The position numbers and the translations under genes are program-made. This document shows, one piece after another, positions 51,075 through 59,393 of a DNA stretch of 64,000 nt. Source of the DNA: Bacilli bacterium (GTDB taxonomy: Bacteria > Bacillota_I > Bacilli_A > ML615J-28 > CAG-313); the NCBI GenBank assembly GCA_017398545.1, contig JAFQFT010000021.1, positions 2,094 through 66,093 of the forward strand, in the 5' to 3' direction. The notes under the pieces are model-generated. The model was not told the DNA's origin. It saw nothing but the letters and a program-made list of their open reading frames with translations, and did no database searches. How positions within the stretch are numbered: position 1 is the stretch's first letter; every line of letters starts with the position of its first letter.

Positions 51075-52673
51075 TTATTTAATTTTTGATATATTTTGTG
51101 AAATATTTAATAAATGATCTCCTAATCTTTCAAAGTTAATTAAGATATTTGAATAAATTATTGACCCTTCTGCTGTACAAATTGATGTACTTAATCGTTT
51201 TACCATATTTGCTTTATATTCAATGGTCATTTTATCTGTTCTATCTTCTAATTGTTCAACTTCATTAAGTTTTAAAGGATCCATACTTATATCTAACATT
51301 TGATTAATAATTTCTTTATAAGTTCTAATTTCTTCTTTAACTATTTTATTTATAGTTATATTTCTATCTTTAAACTCATTTCCATATTCCATTAAATTAA
51401 CCGCATGGTCACTTAATCTTTCAATATTGTGAGTTATATTTAAGTATGCACTATAACTTTCACTAACTGCATGATTTGATTCATGAGAAATACAATCAGT
51501 AATTTCTTTTGTTATACCCTCATTTAACTTATCAATTAAATCTTCTTTTTCTAATATATCACTAGTATCTACTTTTTCTCCTAATAAATAATTAATACTA
51601 TTGTTTAAGTTTTCAATCGACAATTCATAAATTCTATTAATTTCTAATCTAGTATTTTCTAAATGTATCGCCGTACCACCAACTCTTGTATTGATATCAT
51701 GACCAAGATATTTAAATATAGATTCACTTTCAATCACTTTGTCTGGTAATATAATATTAGCAAGTTTAACTAAATATGCACCAAGTGGTAAAAGTAACAG
51801 TGTTGTAGCAACATTAAATATCGTATGCATATTAGCAATTTGTTGAGATGGATTATCTCCAGATATTTTCTTCACTAAAGTAGTTAATGGGGTAACTAAA
51901 CATAAAACAGTAAATAACACAGTACCTGTAAAGTTAAAGATAAAATGAATAAGTGTTGTTCTTTTCGCATTTCTATTTGTTCCCGCTGATGCAAGTAATG
52001 CAGTAACACAAGTACCAATGTTTTGTCCAAATAATACAAACACTGCACTTTCAAGTCCTATAGCACCGCTTATTGCTAAAGCTTGTAATATACCAACTGA
52101 TGCTGATGATGATTGAATAATTATCGTAAACACCATACCTGCAAGTATTCCTAAAATTGGATTTGAAAATTTAGTCATTAAACTCACAAACTCAGGCATA
52201 TCTCTTAATGGTGCCATAGCAGAACTCATCATATCCATACCAATAAAAAGAACACCAAAACCACATAATATTTTACCAATTTCATTTAATGTAGCTTTCT
52301 TTAAAAATACAATCATAATAACACCAATAACCGCAAATATTGGCGCAATAAATCCAATATCAAGCGCAATTAATTGACCTGTAATTGTTGTACCAATGTT
52401 TGCACCCATAATAATCCAAACAGCTTGAGACAATGTCATCATTCCTGCATTTACAAATCCTACTACCATTACTGTAGTTGCAGAAGATGATTGAATTACC
52501 ATTGTAATTAATGCTCCGACAATTACTCCTAAAAACCGATTAGCTGTTAATTTTTCTAAAATTGTTTTCATTTTATTCCCACAGGCATTTTCTAAACCAC
52601 TGCCCATAGAATTCATCCCAAGTAAAAACAACGCTAATCCGGCAATTAAATTTAAAATGTTATCTATTCCCAT
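51075..52673 (-). CDS. Na/Pi cotransporter family protein with PhoU-like C-domain
   Basis: Duplicated QSSSA(T/S) motifs and a C-terminal PhoU-like helical repeat. The track ORF starts at a GTG (52715), but the ATG at 52671-52673 has a GAAAGGAG RBS and is the likely start. Confidence 0.8.
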   Translation of the reverse strand: MGIDNILNLIAGLALFLLGMNSMGSGLENACGNKMKTILEKLTANRFLGVIVGALITMVIQSSSATTVMVVGFVNAGMMTLSQAVWIIMGANIGTTITGQLIALDIGFIAPIFAVIGVIMIVFLKKATLNEIGKILCGFGVLFIGMDMMSSAMAPLRDMPEFVSLMTKFSNPILGILAGMVFTIIIQSSSASVGILQALAISGAIGLESAVFVLFGQNIGTCVTALLASAGTNRNAKRTTLIHFIFNFTGTVLFTVLCLVTPLTTLVKKISGDNPSQQIANMHTIFNVATTLLLLPLGAYLVKLANIILPDKVIESESIFKYLGHDINTRVGGTAIHLENTRLEINRIYELSIENLNNSINYLLGEKVDTSDILEKEDLIDKLNEGITKEITDCISHESNHAVSESYSAYLNITHNIERLSDHAVNLMEYGNEFKDRNITINKIVKEEIRTYKEIINQMLDISMDPLKLNEVEQLEDRTDKMTIEYKANMVKRLSTSICTAEGSIIYSNILINFERLGDHLLNISQNISKIK

Positions 52674-52700
52674 AATTTCTCCTTTCAAAACTAAAAAATG

Positions 52701-52817
52701 GTAAATAGAATCCACCCGTTATATTTGACAGACTCCACCTAAAATTATTTAACTGTATAAAAAACAAAAACGAGTAGATAGACTCCACCCGTTATATTTG
52801 ACAGACTCCACCTAAAA
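52701..52817 (-). repeat. Two 44-nt direct repeats (73-nt period) in the leader of the Na/Pi transporter gene
   Basis: 52701-52744 and 52774-52817 differ at 2 positions. Each contains two copies of GA(C/A)TCCACC (minus strand: GGTGGAGTC). Confidence 0.7.
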
Positions 52818-52829
52818 AACTATTTAATT

Positions 52830-52875
52830 ATAAAATAAAAAGAGACTCCTACCTAACTAATTAGGTAAAAGTCTC
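52830..52875 (-). terminator. Terminator hairpin (expression platform of the Mn riboswitch)
   Basis: Minus strand has GAGACTTTTACCTAA-TTAG-TTAGGTAGGAGTCTC (15 bp including G-U pairs), followed by TTTTTATTTTAT. Its 5' arm is the 3' strand of the riboswitch P1. Confidence 0.6.
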
Positions 52876-52962
52876 GAAATTTCAAATGCGCCCGAGTGTT
52901 TCCACTGTATTGACGAGCCACACTCCATTTATGAAACTAAATGGTTTCTACTCCCTTTTGTA
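52862..52962 (-). promoter_or_regulatory. yybP-ykoY-like (Mn2+) riboswitch aptamer
   Basis: The minus strand reads AAAAGGGAGUAG...GCUCGUCAAUACAGUGGAAACACUCGGGC...CGAGACUUUU. This closely parallels the conserved GGGGAGUAG, GUCGUCAAUUCGUGAGGAAACUCACCGGC and AGACC-P1 segments of known yybP-ykoY RNAs. Confidence 0.65.
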
Positions 52963-52971
52963 TACAACATT

Positions 52972-53000
52972 ATTGTATCATAAAATATAAATAATTTCAA
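52972..53000 (-). promoter_or_regulatory. Sigma-70-type promoter (extended -10) for the riboswitch-transporter unit
   Basis: Minus strand reads TTGAAA (52995-53000), 17-nt spacer, TG-n-TACAAT (52972-52977). Confidence 0.55.
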
Positions 53001-53083
53001 CACTTTCAACATTATTATTAACATTTTTAAGAAAAAAATACTTTTTATGAAAATAATTTATAATTAAATTTTATATTTTATTA

Positions 53084-53602
53084 TTATTTAAATAATTTAT
53101 ATAATCTTGTTTCATCATCATTTATCATTGAATTATTATATGAATCAACAATTGATTTCTTCAAAACAAAATGTTCGTAGAAGAATTTAATAACAAAAAA
53201 TAAGGCAGCAGTGCCTTCTATAAAGTCACTTGGTGCAATATAAGTATTCCCTTTTTGAATAAATGATTCAGCAATATTAGTAGTACCAGTATTACAGCAC
53301 ATAGAAATTATTATTTTATTATTAATATTAATTTTTTCCTTAATTACTTCACTTGTTATATCCTTAGGTTCATCTTCTGCATATATTTCTTCTGCAAGTA
53401 CTGGCATAATGAACTTATTATCACCATGACCTGAAAGAATAATATACTTATAATCATCTGAATTATTCAATTCTTCAATAAAAGCATTAGGTCTACCAAT
53501 ATAAGCAATTTCTACCTTTGCATCAAAACTTTCTAGAACACTTCTTATTGTTATTGCTTCAAGCACATCATCAAAACATAGTATTTTTACTTTATTTGAC
53601 AT
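53084..53602 (-). CDS. Hypothetical protein with minimal caspase/CHAT-like His-Cys layout
   Basis: Strand-then-catalytic-residue pattern YIILSGHG ... IIISMCCNTG, followed by F..KG...YIAP and a hydrophobic helix, as in CHAT/caspase-fold domains. By-eye similarity only. Confidence 0.3.
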   Translation of the reverse strand: MSNKVKILCFDDVLEAITIRSVLESFDAKVEIAYIGRPNAFIEELNNSDDYKYIILSGHGDNKFIMPVLAEEIYAEDEPKDITSEVIKEKININNKIIISMCCNTGTTNIAESFIQKGNTYIAPSDFIEGTAALFFVIKFFYEHFVLKKSIVDSYNNSMINDDETRLYKLFK

Positions 53603-53757
53603 AAATTATTCCTCCACTACTTCGCATTAAACTTACAAGATTATTTTTATTATATCATAATTAATACATAATTGGAGTTAATAAGCATTAAAGCATCATT
53701 AATCTTTTAAGACTAATGATGCTTTTAATTATAAATAAGAGAATAATTTATAAATAT

Positions 53758-55371
53758 CTATTTTATAATAACACCATTATAAATAAATACTTTTCTTGAC
53801 TTATCAGCTTTAATAATACCTTCTTCAAATGCTCTATGTAAAATTAAAGAACGATCAAGTAAGATTGCTTGAATAATAAATGGAGTTTGTTTTTCTAAAT
53901 AACTAGGTATTAGATTTCTTACTTTCATATATATTCCATTATATAACTCTTTATATGCAGAAATTAATGCTTCATCGCTAGTAATTTTGTTCTTTAATTC
54001 TTTATAATTTTCAATAGTAATTACTGGAATATTAACTTTAATACTATCACCAACAATAGTAAATGCTCCCATTTCAACATATTTGTCTACACTTACTTTA
54101 TTTTCTTCATCCATCTCGCTATACTTTGTATTTTTAATTAATACTTCATATAAAATATTTAAATCATATGTTCCTGTTAAAGCATTATTATAAGCAATTA
54201 CATCAGAGGCTCCACCATCTTCTTTCCAATGATCTGCAGGAAATGCATAAGCACATAAATGACGACCATTATAATCACCATTACGTCCACTAAATGAAAT
54301 AAAGAATTCATCATTATATAATTTATCAAGCGTTTCTAATAATATAACATCCCAATTTGTTCCATCATTTCTAAGTGTAAAATCAGTTCTTAACACATTT
54401 TCTGCAATAACCATTGTTAAACAAATAAATGACCACATTAAATGTTCATCAAGTGCATCGGTTTCATCAAGCAATGATTTATAAAATTCTAGATTTTCTT
54501 TTGTAAAGTTTACAATTGCATTATAATATCCAGAAATATTCTCTCTTGCGAAATCTAAAATTTCTCTTCTTTCTTTTTTATTAATAAAAGCAATATTAGT
54601 TAAATATTTTCCATTTTCTAATTTAATTAAAAAATCTTTATTAACTAATTCTTTAACATAATCTTCAATATAAGGTCTAGCAATTCCAAGTTCAATTGAA
54701 TAATCTTCAATACTACATTCAATTCCATATGAATGATATAATAAATTTTTAATTAATAATGGATCTACAACTTTACTTGGGTTAAAACTTAAATTCCCAC
54801 TAAAACTTTGAACTACCTGAAAGTTTTTAGGCACATAAGCCTTTTTACCATTTAATCTTTCCATATCTATATACTCCTTCAACTTTTTTCTAATATCTGA
54901 CAGTCTTCTTCCGACTGTTCCAAGAGGTAACTTTAATTCTTCCGCAATAAACTTTAAAGTTTTATCTTCTATATAATAAGCGTAAAGTATTTCAGCATAG
55001 TCTTTACTAAGTAACTTAATAGCACTATTCATCTTTCTAATCTTTTCATCCTCAAGAAGTTCTTCAAGAGGTGTTTTAGAATTATCACTATATATATTAA
55101 TTTCTTCTTCATTTAATTCAAGATTATTTCTATTTTTAATAGTTCTTCTTAAATACATGTTGTATTGATTTTTACATACTCCCCAAATATAGAAGTCCAT
55201 ATTATCGATATGTGCACCTTTATCGATATTTTCTAAAACTTCTAAAAGTATTGTTTGTGATAAGTCTTCTGCATCCATTCTAGAATTACATCTTTTTACA
55301 CAAAAGAAAAATACTTTTTCTGCATAATCTACTACTTTTTCTTTAAGTTCATTTTTGTTTAAATTATTCAT
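53758..55371 (-). CDS. ECF-type sigma-70 family factor with ~365-aa C-terminal extension
   Basis: Region 2 (DAEDLSQTILLEVL) and region 4 HTH (LKFIAEELKLPLGTVGRRLSDIRKKL) lie within the first ~170 aa. The rest has no recognisable motif. Confidence 0.65.
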   Translation of the reverse strand: MNNLNKNELKEKVVDYAEKVFFFCVKRCNSRMDAEDLSQTILLEVLENIDKGAHIDNMDFYIWGVCKNQYNMYLRRTIKNRNNLELNEEEINIYSDNSKTPLEELLEDEKIRKMNSAIKLLSKDYAEILYAYYIEDKTLKFIAEELKLPLGTVGRRLSDIRKKLKEYIDMERLNGKKAYVPKNFQVVQSFSGNLSFNPSKVVDPLLIKNLLYHSYGIECSIEDYSIELGIARPYIEDYVKELVNKDFLIKLENGKYLTNIAFINKKERREILDFARENISGYYNAIVNFTKENLEFYKSLLDETDALDEHLMWSFICLTMVIAENVLRTDFTLRNDGTNWDVILLETLDKLYNDEFFISFSGRNGDYNGRHLCAYAFPADHWKEDGGASDVIAYNNALTGTYDLNILYEVLIKNTKYSEMDEENKVSVDKYVEMGAFTIVGDSIKVNIPVITIENYKELKNKITSDEALISAYKELYNGIYMKVRNLIPSYLEKQTPFIIQAILLDRSLILHRAFEEGIIKADKSRKVFIYNGVIIK

Positions 55372-55518
55372 ATATTTTACCTCTTCACTTATATAGTTGC
55401 AAAAGTAAAAGTTTTTTTCGCACTTTTTTTATAAATTTATTATACTATTTTTTATTTTATTATTCAATTTAAATAAATTATTTAAAAAAATCAGTTAGAA
55501 AAACCTAACTGATTAATT

Positions 55519-56382
55519 TTATGCAACTTCTACTGATCCACTACCTTGAAGTAGTTCCATAAATTCATCAAATGTAATTACATCTTGTGGTAGAGTAATT
55601 TCTACTTCACCAAATTGTTCAAATAAAGTATCAAATCTAATTATCTCTGTTTCACCATCATCAATATTATTACCAATTAAATCAACTACAATATTAGTAA
55701 TATATTTATCATCTACTTTAGCAGTAACATCTATATCAACATCTATTTTTTCAGAGATTGTAGGATCACCCGATATTACTTCAATAAATTCATTCATTAC
55801 AACTTTAAATTCTTCTTTTCCAGTTTCATTAAAAATGTAATCATAATCTTCTACATTAGATTTATCAAAATATTCATCTTTAAAAGTTGTAAAGAAACTT
55901 GTTAAATCTGCAATTACCGCTAATATTTCTTCTGTTTCATTAATAGCAGTATCAGGGTTAACTTCTTCAGATATTATATCAAAAAATAATTCCTTTATTT
56001 CAGTTAAAGATATTTTTACATTTCCTGAATAATCCATATCAAACATACTTGGATCAAATATAATGTATAATTCTTTTTCTTCATCAGTAGTTTCAATTAA
56101 TGTATAAAATGTATACACAAATCCACTTTCTGTTATTTCAATTTTTTGCATATTATCTTGAACTAAAACATTTACTAGGCACATCTTTTCAACTATTTCA
56201 CCTTCATAAATAGTTTTCATATCAAGATTAACAGAAAAGTTTTTAACTTCCTTTAAAGATTCTATTCCGCTTTCAAATGTAATTTTCTCTGGTTCTTTAT
56301 ATTCAAAAGTAATATTGTCACAACTCACATTAAAAAATAAACCAACCATAAATAATAAAATAATAAATAATCTTTTAATCAT
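55519..56382 (-). CDS. Acidic hypothetical lipoprotein
   Basis: Signal peptide plus lipobox (FNVS|C). The mature part is rich in D/E. Confidence 0.45.
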   Translation of the reverse strand: MIKRLFIILLFMVGLFFNVSCDNITFEYKEPEKITFESGIESLKEVKNFSVNLDMKTIYEGEIVEKMCLVNVLVQDNMQKIEITESGFVYTFYTLIETTDEEKELYIIFDPSMFDMDYSGNVKISLTEIKELFFDIISEEVNPDTAINETEEILAVIADLTSFFTTFKDEYFDKSNVEDYDYIFNETGKEEFKVVMNEFIEVISGDPTISEKIDVDIDVTAKVDDKYITNIVVDLIGNNIDDGETEIIRFDTLFEQFGEVEITLPQDVITFDEFMELLQGSGSVEVA

Positions 56383-56512
56383 AATGTTCCTCCTTGTAGT
56401 TTATTTATTATAAAAAGATAAATTTTTAACTTTTATCTTTACTAACATTATATACTAAGAGTTTAAAAATAGGTAGTTACTTTTAATTAAATGATAGTTA
56501 CTTAAATATTAA

Positions 56513-57595
56513 TTATTTCATATTCATTACTTTATCAATAATTTCTTGATACTCAGCTAATTTTTGATAATTATTAAATAACTCATTATTTAATTCCTTT
56601 ATAATATTATTTTTTAAATCATTAATAGCAACTGAATATCCACCAATAGAATTACATTCTAATTTACTCATAAATGGGGATTTAATCTTATGAGGTTTAA
56701 AATTAATAATATAATTAAGTGGTTCATTTAAATTCTTTAAATAACTTACTATCTTATTATTATCACAACTCGTTTTAATTTCTAGTTTTAAAAGTTCTAT
56801 ATAATAAAAGATAAAAGGCACTGCATTAAAACCAAAATCACCATCTTTAACAAAAATTAATTCACTCACTTTTATTAATCTTTCTAAGTATTCTTTTTTA
56901 TACACATTAGAACAATTAATTCCATTATCGAATAAAACCTTTTCTGATTCTCTCATAATCTCATTAATAAATTCACTAGTATTATATTGAATTAAGTTTA
57001 ATAGTTTATCACCCTTTAAATATCTAGTTTTAACAACATTACTATTAAGGAATAAACTTGAAGGTAGTTGTTTAGCATAATATTCTGCCATTTCAATTTC
57101 ATCCATTTGTGAATATAAAGATACTAGACATTCGGTAACTTTTAGTCTCATTAAATTATCTGTTGATTTTTCAAGAATACTTTCTGATAGTTTAACTACA
57201 TCATTTATATATATTAATCTATTATTAACGATATTAATTGTTACCATAATAGAAATTAAATTATATTTTATCTCTTCATTATTAGGTAACTTTTTGTAAG
57301 CATCTTGCCAAAGTGTAAGTTCACCATCTAAATCATAATTCTTTTGATATTCTAAAGCTTTTTTATTAAGTTCTTTTACAAACTCGCTTTGATTAATTTT
57401 TTCCACACCTAGCAGTTCATCTACAGTTATTTCAAAAATATTTGCGATAAAAGGTAATAAACTAATATCAGGGTATGTAATACTTTGTTCCCATCTTGAA
57501 ACCGACTTTGAAGTTGTACCAAGTAATTCTGCTAACTCTTCTTGAGTCATCTTTTTTTGTGTACGATACAATTTAATATTATTTCCTAAATTCAT
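56513..57595 (-). CDS. XRE-family HTH regulator with TPR-like C-domain
   Basis: HTH_3 signature IKLYRTQKKMTQEELAELLGTTSKSVSRWEQ, followed by a ~290-aa helical-repeat domain. Confidence 0.75.
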   Translation of the reverse strand: MNLGNNIKLYRTQKKMTQEELAELLGTTSKSVSRWEQSITYPDISLLPFIANIFEITVDELLGVEKINQSEFVKELNKKALEYQKNYDLDGELTLWQDAYKKLPNNEEIKYNLISIMVTINIVNNRLIYINDVVKLSESILEKSTDNLMRLKVTECLVSLYSQMDEIEMAEYYAKQLPSSLFLNSNVVKTRYLKGDKLLNLIQYNTSEFINEIMRESEKVLFDNGINCSNVYKKEYLERLIKVSELIFVKDGDFGFNAVPFIFYYIELLKLEIKTSCDNNKIVSYLKNLNEPLNYIINFKPHKIKSPFMSKLECNSIGGYSVAINDLKNNIIKELNNELFNNYQKLAEYQEIIDKVMNMK

Positions 57596-57632
57596 ATTTT
57601 CTCTCCTTCATTAATATATATGTAATTGGCCA

Positions 57633-57655
57633 TTTACATTGTAAACTAGTTTACA
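57633..57655. promoter_or_regulatory. Candidate operator: three TTTACA/TGTAAA half-sites
   Basis: TTTACA-T-TGTAAA-CTAG-TTTACA contains the perfect 16-bp palindrome TGTAAACTAGTTTACA at 57640-57655. It lies 40-60 nt upstream of the XRE gene start. Confidence 0.45.
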
Positions 57656-57797
57656 CAAACATTATAATATATAAATTATCTTTAGTCCACCCCACAATTT
57701 AAGATATTCTATCTCAAATATTGAGATTTAATCTCATATTAGTGTTTTATTGTAATTATATACTTAAAAAGTTATTAATTCAATTAAACAATTAAAA

Positions 57798-57845
57798 AAA
57801 GTTATAATCTATTTAAGATATAACATCTATAATAGAATTATAACT
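57798..57845. terminator. Long imperfect hairpin terminator downstream of the 57854-58987 gene
   Basis: AGTTATAATCTATT...AATAGAATTATAACT (14 bp with one bulge), flanked by an A-run and a T-run. Confidence 0.45.
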
Positions 57846-57853
57846 TTTTAATT

Positions 57854-58987
57854 TTAATAAATCTGTTTTGCAATTAATAATAATTTTTGATACTTATCAA
57901 GTTTTTCTAAATCTTTAAAACAACTTAAAGTTAAACAATTAACAATATTATTATCTCCATTAATACTACCAATTTTTGAAAAATTATAAACATTTGCTTT
58001 ATCTAGAAATTTATTTTTCACAATAAAATCTTTATTCTTCTTTGGTATCGTTATTTGTTCGACTTCTACCATTTTTTCAAGCCACTTTAAACACTCTTCA
58101 TTATTATTCATTTTAATATAAGTTCTGGCAATAAAACAATATATATTACCATTTTCTACTTTATATAATTGAGGAACATATTCATCTTCTTTAAAGACAT
58201 AATTAATTATATCTAGTGCACTAAAATACATTTTTAAAGCACTTTCATAATCTTCTGTACTTTCATATGAATTTCCAAGCATTGCTAATATATTAATCAT
58301 AGAAAATAGATGTTGCTGCAAGCACCTTTGTAAATTTATTTGTTCAATTTTATATTCATTAAATGCATGATTAATCCAAGCACACATCGCATCAACCGTC
58401 ATATCTGCACGCCATGGAAACATATTAGCATGTTTCACAGCACTTTCTACATCACCATAAGATGAATGTAAAAGCACCATAATCATATGAGCACGTAAAA
58501 CATCATTTGTATTACAAGAATATTTAGCTATTAAATCAACTTGTTTAATTGTTTTTCTATATATCATTTCACCATATTCTTTATTATATGTGGAATTCTC
58601 TTTATATGCTAGTTCAATACCATATTCAATGCTTTCTTGTAACAAAGTTAAATTAGTCGGATATTTTTTAAGAGCTTCTTGTAATAAAAGCCATGCTCCA
58701 ATATTATCTAATTTTAATGCTTTTTCATTACAATCATCAATAATCTTCTTTACTTCATCTTCCCTATCATTTATTACAACGCCTAATATAACATCAGTGC
58801 TAACACCAAAAAAAGTTGCAAGAGGGATGATTTGTGATATATCAGGAAGTCCAACACTATTTTCCCATTTTGAAATAGCTTGAGCTGTAACATTAATTGC
58901 TACAGCTAAATCTTCTTGAGTAAGATTTCTTTCTTTTCTTAATTTTCTAATATTATCGCCAACAGTTTCTAACATCTTTTCCTCCAA
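57854..58987 (-). CDS. XRE-family HTH regulator with TPR-like C-domain
   Basis: HTH_3 signature IRKLRKERNLTQEDLAVAINVTAQAISKWEN, followed by a ~300-aa helical-repeat domain. Confidence 0.75.
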   Translation of the reverse strand: MEEKMLETVGDNIRKLRKERNLTQEDLAVAINVTAQAISKWENSVGLPDISQIIPLATFFGVSTDVILGVVINDREDEVKKIIDDCNEKALKLDNIGAWLLLQEALKKYPTNLTLLQESIEYGIELAYKENSTYNKEYGEMIYRKTIKQVDLIAKYSCNTNDVLRAHMIMVLLHSSYGDVESAVKHANMFPWRADMTVDAMCAWINHAFNEYKIEQINLQRCLQQHLFSMINILAMLGNSYESTEDYESALKMYFSALDIINYVFKEDEYVPQLYKVENGNIYCFIARTYIKMNNNEECLKWLEKMVEVEQITIPKKNKDFIVKNKFLDKANVYNFSKIGSINGDNNIVNCLTLSCFKDLEKLDKYQKLLLIAKQIY

Positions 58988-59393
58988 TTATATATATTAC
59001 ACTAATAGTATACCATCAAACCACCACAAAGTGAAGCGACTAAAAAGTAATACATTATCAACGGAACGTTTAGTTTATACTTTATTAAAGTTAAAACTTT
59101 TTTATTTCAAATTAATGAGTATTCTTTTAACAGTTCTTGTTGTTTTATTATTTTTTTTAAAATATCTAAAACTGTAATATTAGGTTTTTGTTTTATAAAA
59201 TAATAAACTTTTTTCTCATTATCATTTTAACATTTATAGTAAAATCATTAATGACACTATTAGTGACATTTTGAGGGTATAAAAATACCTAAATTATAAT
59301 AATTTTCCTATTATTATTTTCTCGAAAACACTTCCATATCTATCCATAAATTTCATTCTTAAAAAAAATAATTTATTGATATAACATATTTAT

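Noticed and set aside
52711-52817. The TTGACA hexamers inside the 44-nt repeats could be plus-strand promoters.
   Set aside because: The -10 candidates are poor. There is also no plus-strand gene downstream, only the antisense of the riboswitch.
59115-59177. A 20-aa hydrophobic ORF (MSILLTVLVVLLFFLKYLKL) on the plus strand could be a type I toxin or signalling peptide.
   Set aside because: There is no Shine-Dalgarno sequence and no recognisable promoter or terminator. Such ORFs arise easily by chance in T-rich DNA. I kept it only as a note under the XRE-TPR finding.
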